DNA of 15,919 nucleotides. Source: Candidatus Zixiibacteriota bacterium. Lineage in GTDB: Bacteria; Zixibacteria; MSB-5A5; UBA10806; 4484-95. The position numbers were made by a program, and so were the translations under genes. Below, one piece after another: positions 13,402-15,919 of the stretch. Where the stretch lies: contig JAOZPT010000053.1 in the NCBI GenBank assembly GCA_029932605.1, positions 1 through 15,919 of the forward strand, read 5' to 3'. Below the pieces are notes generated by a model. It searched no databases. It was not told the DNA's origin and was given only the letters and a program-made list of their open reading frames with translations. Within the stretch, counting starts at the first letter, position 1. Every line of letters starts with the position of its first letter.

Positions 13402-15915
13402 ATGAAGGCTGTAATAATGGCGGGTGGTTTCGGTACCCGTTTAAGGCCGTTGACTCTGAACGTACCAAAACCTATGGTGAAACTTGGTAGCTACCCTTTA
13501 ATGGAACACCTGATAAAGCTTTTGAAGAGTCATGGGCTTATAGATATAACAGCCTTACTATATTTTCAGGCGGAACAAATAAGAAAATATTTTGGTGACG
13601 GTTCAAATTTCGGTGTCAATATCAATTATGTGATGTCCAAGTCCAATTTTGGGACTGCCGGCTCGGTAAAAAACGCTCAGAGCCATCTTACCAAAAGGTT
13701 TTTGATAATTTCAGGTGATGTGGCTACTGATATCGACTTATCGGAGGTTTTTAAATTCCATTGTAGGCGTAGGGCTGAGGCGACGATTGTGCTTACACGT
13801 GTGGAAGACCCTCTTGCCTATGGAGTTGTTATAACCAATGAAAAGGGACGTATCACCAGATTCTTAGAAAAACCCACCTGGGGACAGGTATTTTCCGATA
13901 CCGTTAACACCGGTATATATATTCTTGAGCCTGAGGTTCTAAAACTGGTTCCGGAATCAGTTGAGTTTGATTTTTCCAAGGACCTTTTTCCTTTGATGCT
14001 TGCCCAGAAGAGGCGGTTATATGGTTATGTGGCTGATGGTTACTGGCGAGATATAGGTAATGCCAGTGAGTATTTCAAAGCTCATCAAGACCTTCTTGAG
14101 GGGGTGATAAAGCTTAGACCGTTTGGGAAGAAGATAAGTAAAGACGGAGCCAATATCTGGTTGGGTAAGGATACCATGATATCGCCAAGAGCAAATTTTT
14201 CAGGCACCGTAATCATAGGCGATAGAGTTAAGATTGGGCCGAGGGCAAGATTATTTAATAGCGTAATTGGTTCTGATTCTATTGTTGGCCGTGAGGCTGT
14301 TCTTAATAGAGTGGTGGCGTGGGATAAGGTCTCGATTGGACCCAGGTCTAATGTATCTGAGGCGATAATCTGCAATGGTGTCATAATAGGTGAGGAAGCG
14401 GTTGTAGAGGAGAATGCCATAATTTCAGATGATGCCAGGGTGGGCAGTGAGGCCAGGGTAAAAGCCAACGTAAAGGTCTGGCCTGCAAAAGAGGTTGAAT
14501 CGGGCGCGGTTTTGTCATCAAGCTTAGTCTGGGGTGAACGCTGGACTAAGGAATTGTTTACTGATTCGAAGGTGACTGGTATTGCCAATGTTGAAATTAC
14601 ACCGGAATTTGCTGCTCGTCTTGGTGCGGCCTATGGAGCGGTAGTAGGTCAAAACAGAACCGTTCTTTTAAGCAGAGATGCTGCGCGCTCATCTAGGATG
14701 ATTACCAGGGCTTTGATTTCAGGACTGATTTCGACTGGCGTAAATGCTGCTGAGTTGAGAACTGTACCTATACCTGTGCTTCGCTGTCAATTAAGTTTTC
14801 AGAAAGAAGAAGGCGGGATTTATGCCAGATTATCGCCTGAGGGTAATCGCCGGATGGATATAGTCTTTTTCGATTCCGGTGGTTATGATATACCGGTGAG
14901 CAAGTCCAAAGCAATTGAACGGTTATTCCTGCGAGAAGATTTCAAGCGGGCAAATATGGAACAGACCGGCAAAATTGAATTTCCGGAAAGAGTTATAGAT
15001 TATTATAGAGAGAGTTTTTTGCAAGCTTTGGAAGCTGATGTTATCCGTCAGGCGAAAATGAAAGTGATTATTGATTTTTCTTTTGGAGGAGCCTCAGAGA
15101 TACTTCCAGCGATTCTTGGAGCCCTCGATATAGATGTTATATCCATTAACGCACCACTTGAACCTGACAGGGTTTATTATTTTGTTAAGGAGAGACAGAA
15201 AGCCCAGAAGAGACTGGCAACAATCGTGAAATCATTGAAGGCTGATGCAGGATTTTTAATTGGGCCGGGTGCGGAGAAGCTAATCGCCTTTAATGAAAAT
15301 GGTGTCATGATCGATAACCAGACTTTACTCTTAAAGGTTTTATCCCTTTATCTGGAGGTAAATTCGTGTGATAAAATCGCTGTTCCTGTGGTTGCCTCTT
15401 CGGGGGTTGAGGCGATAGCCTCATTGCACAACACGAAAGTTGAGAGAATCTCTGATAATCACCTGGCGATGATGGATGCCCTTCACAAAGGAGGGGCTGA
15501 TTTTGTTGGTGGGACGAAAGGAGGATTTATATTCCCTGGTTTTCAGGTTGGCACTGATGCAATGTTTGCTCTTGCTAAGATATTGGAGCTCATGGCGAAA
15601 ACGGGTAAACGTTTAGGTGAGATTAAGGGAAGATGGTCAAGGGTGAAAATTTTGCAAAAGGAGATTCCCTGCAGTTGGTCGAAGAAGGGGTTGGTGATGC
15701 GACGGCTGATGGAGCATACTGCCAGGAAAAAGCGAGTCCTGGTCGACGGTGTGAGGTTTTCGGACGGTGGAAGTAATGTTTTGATTAAACCTAATCATAA
15801 TAAAGCCTTATTTTTTCTCCAGGTTGAGTCAAAATCAGAAGAAAAAGCTAAAAGCACCCGTGATAAATACATATCGATGGTGAAACTATGGCAAAAAACA
15901 GACAGCAATGATTAA
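13402..15915 (+). CDS. Mannose-1-phosphate guanylyltransferase-like NTP transferase + hexapeptide beta-helix fused to a degenerate phosphomannomutase-like module
   Basis: MAGGFGTRLRPLT-x-PKPMV, FGTAGSV, ISGD, FLEKP and YWRDIG motifs, then hexapeptide repeats. From about residue 385 an alpha-D-phosphohexomutase architecture (LFTDSKVTG, ITPEFAARLGAAYG, SRD, KVIIDFSFGGAS, VDGVRF). Confidence 0.9.
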   Translation: MKAVIMAGGFGTRLRPLTLNVPKPMVKLGSYPLMEHLIKLLKSHGLIDITALLYFQAEQIRKYFGDGSNFGVNINYVMSKSNFGTAGSVKNAQSHLTKRFLIISGDVATDIDLSEVFKFHCRRRAEATIVLTRVEDPLAYGVVITNEKGRITRFLEKPTWGQVFSDTVNTGIYILEPEVLKLVPESVEFDFSKDLFPLMLAQKRRLYGYVADGYWRDIGNASEYFKAHQDLLEGVIKLRPFGKKISKDGANIWLGKDTMISPRANFSGTVIIGDRVKIGPRARLFNSVIGSDSIVGREAVLNRVVAWDKVSIGPRSNVSEAIICNGVIIGEEAVVEENAIISDDARVGSEARVKANVKVWPAKEVESGAVLSSSLVWGERWTKELFTDSKVTGIANVEITPEFAARLGAAYGAVVGQNRTVLLSRDAARSSRMITRALISGLISTGVNAAELRTVPIPVLRCQLSFQKEEGGIYARLSPEGNRRMDIVFFDSGGYDIPVSKSKAIERLFLREDFKRANMEQTGKIEFPERVIDYYRESFLQALEADVIRQAKMKVIIDFSFGGASEILPAILGALDIDVISINAPLEPDRVYYFVKERQKAQKRLATIVKSLKADAGFLIGPGAEKLIAFNENGVMIDNQTLLLKVLSLYLEVNSCDKIAVPVVASSGVEAIASLHNTKVERISDNHLAMMDALHKGGADFVGGTKGGFIFPGFQVGTDAMFALAKILELMAKTGKRLGEIKGRWSRVKILQKEIPCSWSKKGLVMRRLMEHTARKKRVLVDGVRFSDGGSNVLIKPNHNKALFFLQVESKSEEKAKSTRDKYISMVKLWQKTDSND

Positions 15916-15919
15916 TATG

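Noticed and set aside
12887..13468. 193-aa minus-strand ORF
   Set aside because: Antisense to three convincing genes and their intergenic promoter region, with no recognisable motif.
14085..14588. 167-aa minus-strand Ser/Thr/Pro-rich ORF
   Set aside because: Antisense shadow of the repetitive hexapeptide-repeat coding region.
15908..15919. Possible start of a next gene (ATG ATT AAT ATG) overlapping the final stop
   Set aside because: Only four codons are visible before the window edge, so it cannot be supported.

Overview
Gene-dense, AT-rich bacterial chromosomal segment with no rRNA, tRNA, CRISPR or mobile element visible. Two minus-strand genes (ssb and a DUF2723/TMEM260-like GT-C membrane glycosyltransferase) diverge from a long plus-strand run: nadE, rsmI, an Aur1/PAP2_3-like membrane protein, a PIP-synthase-type CDP-alcohol phosphotransferase, ino1, a GDPD, an RCK-gated K+ channel, an EamA/DMT transporter, tmk, an S41 protease, a TauE/SafE + DUF1634-like pair, and a sugar-1-phosphate nucleotidyltransferase fused to a phosphohexomutase-like module. 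The most notable element is an apparent inositol-phospholipid cluster (4172-7752). Its Aur1-like enzyme has Tyr where the second catalytic His is expected, Ino1 carries a strongly basic histone-like tail, and an internal promoter and terminator isolate the PIP synthase-ino1 pair. Also notable: a probable pseudo-mutase domain, a probable leaderless mRNA and a structured nadE promoter. Taxonomy cannot be determined from this window. All family calls are from motif recognition by eye, not database searches.
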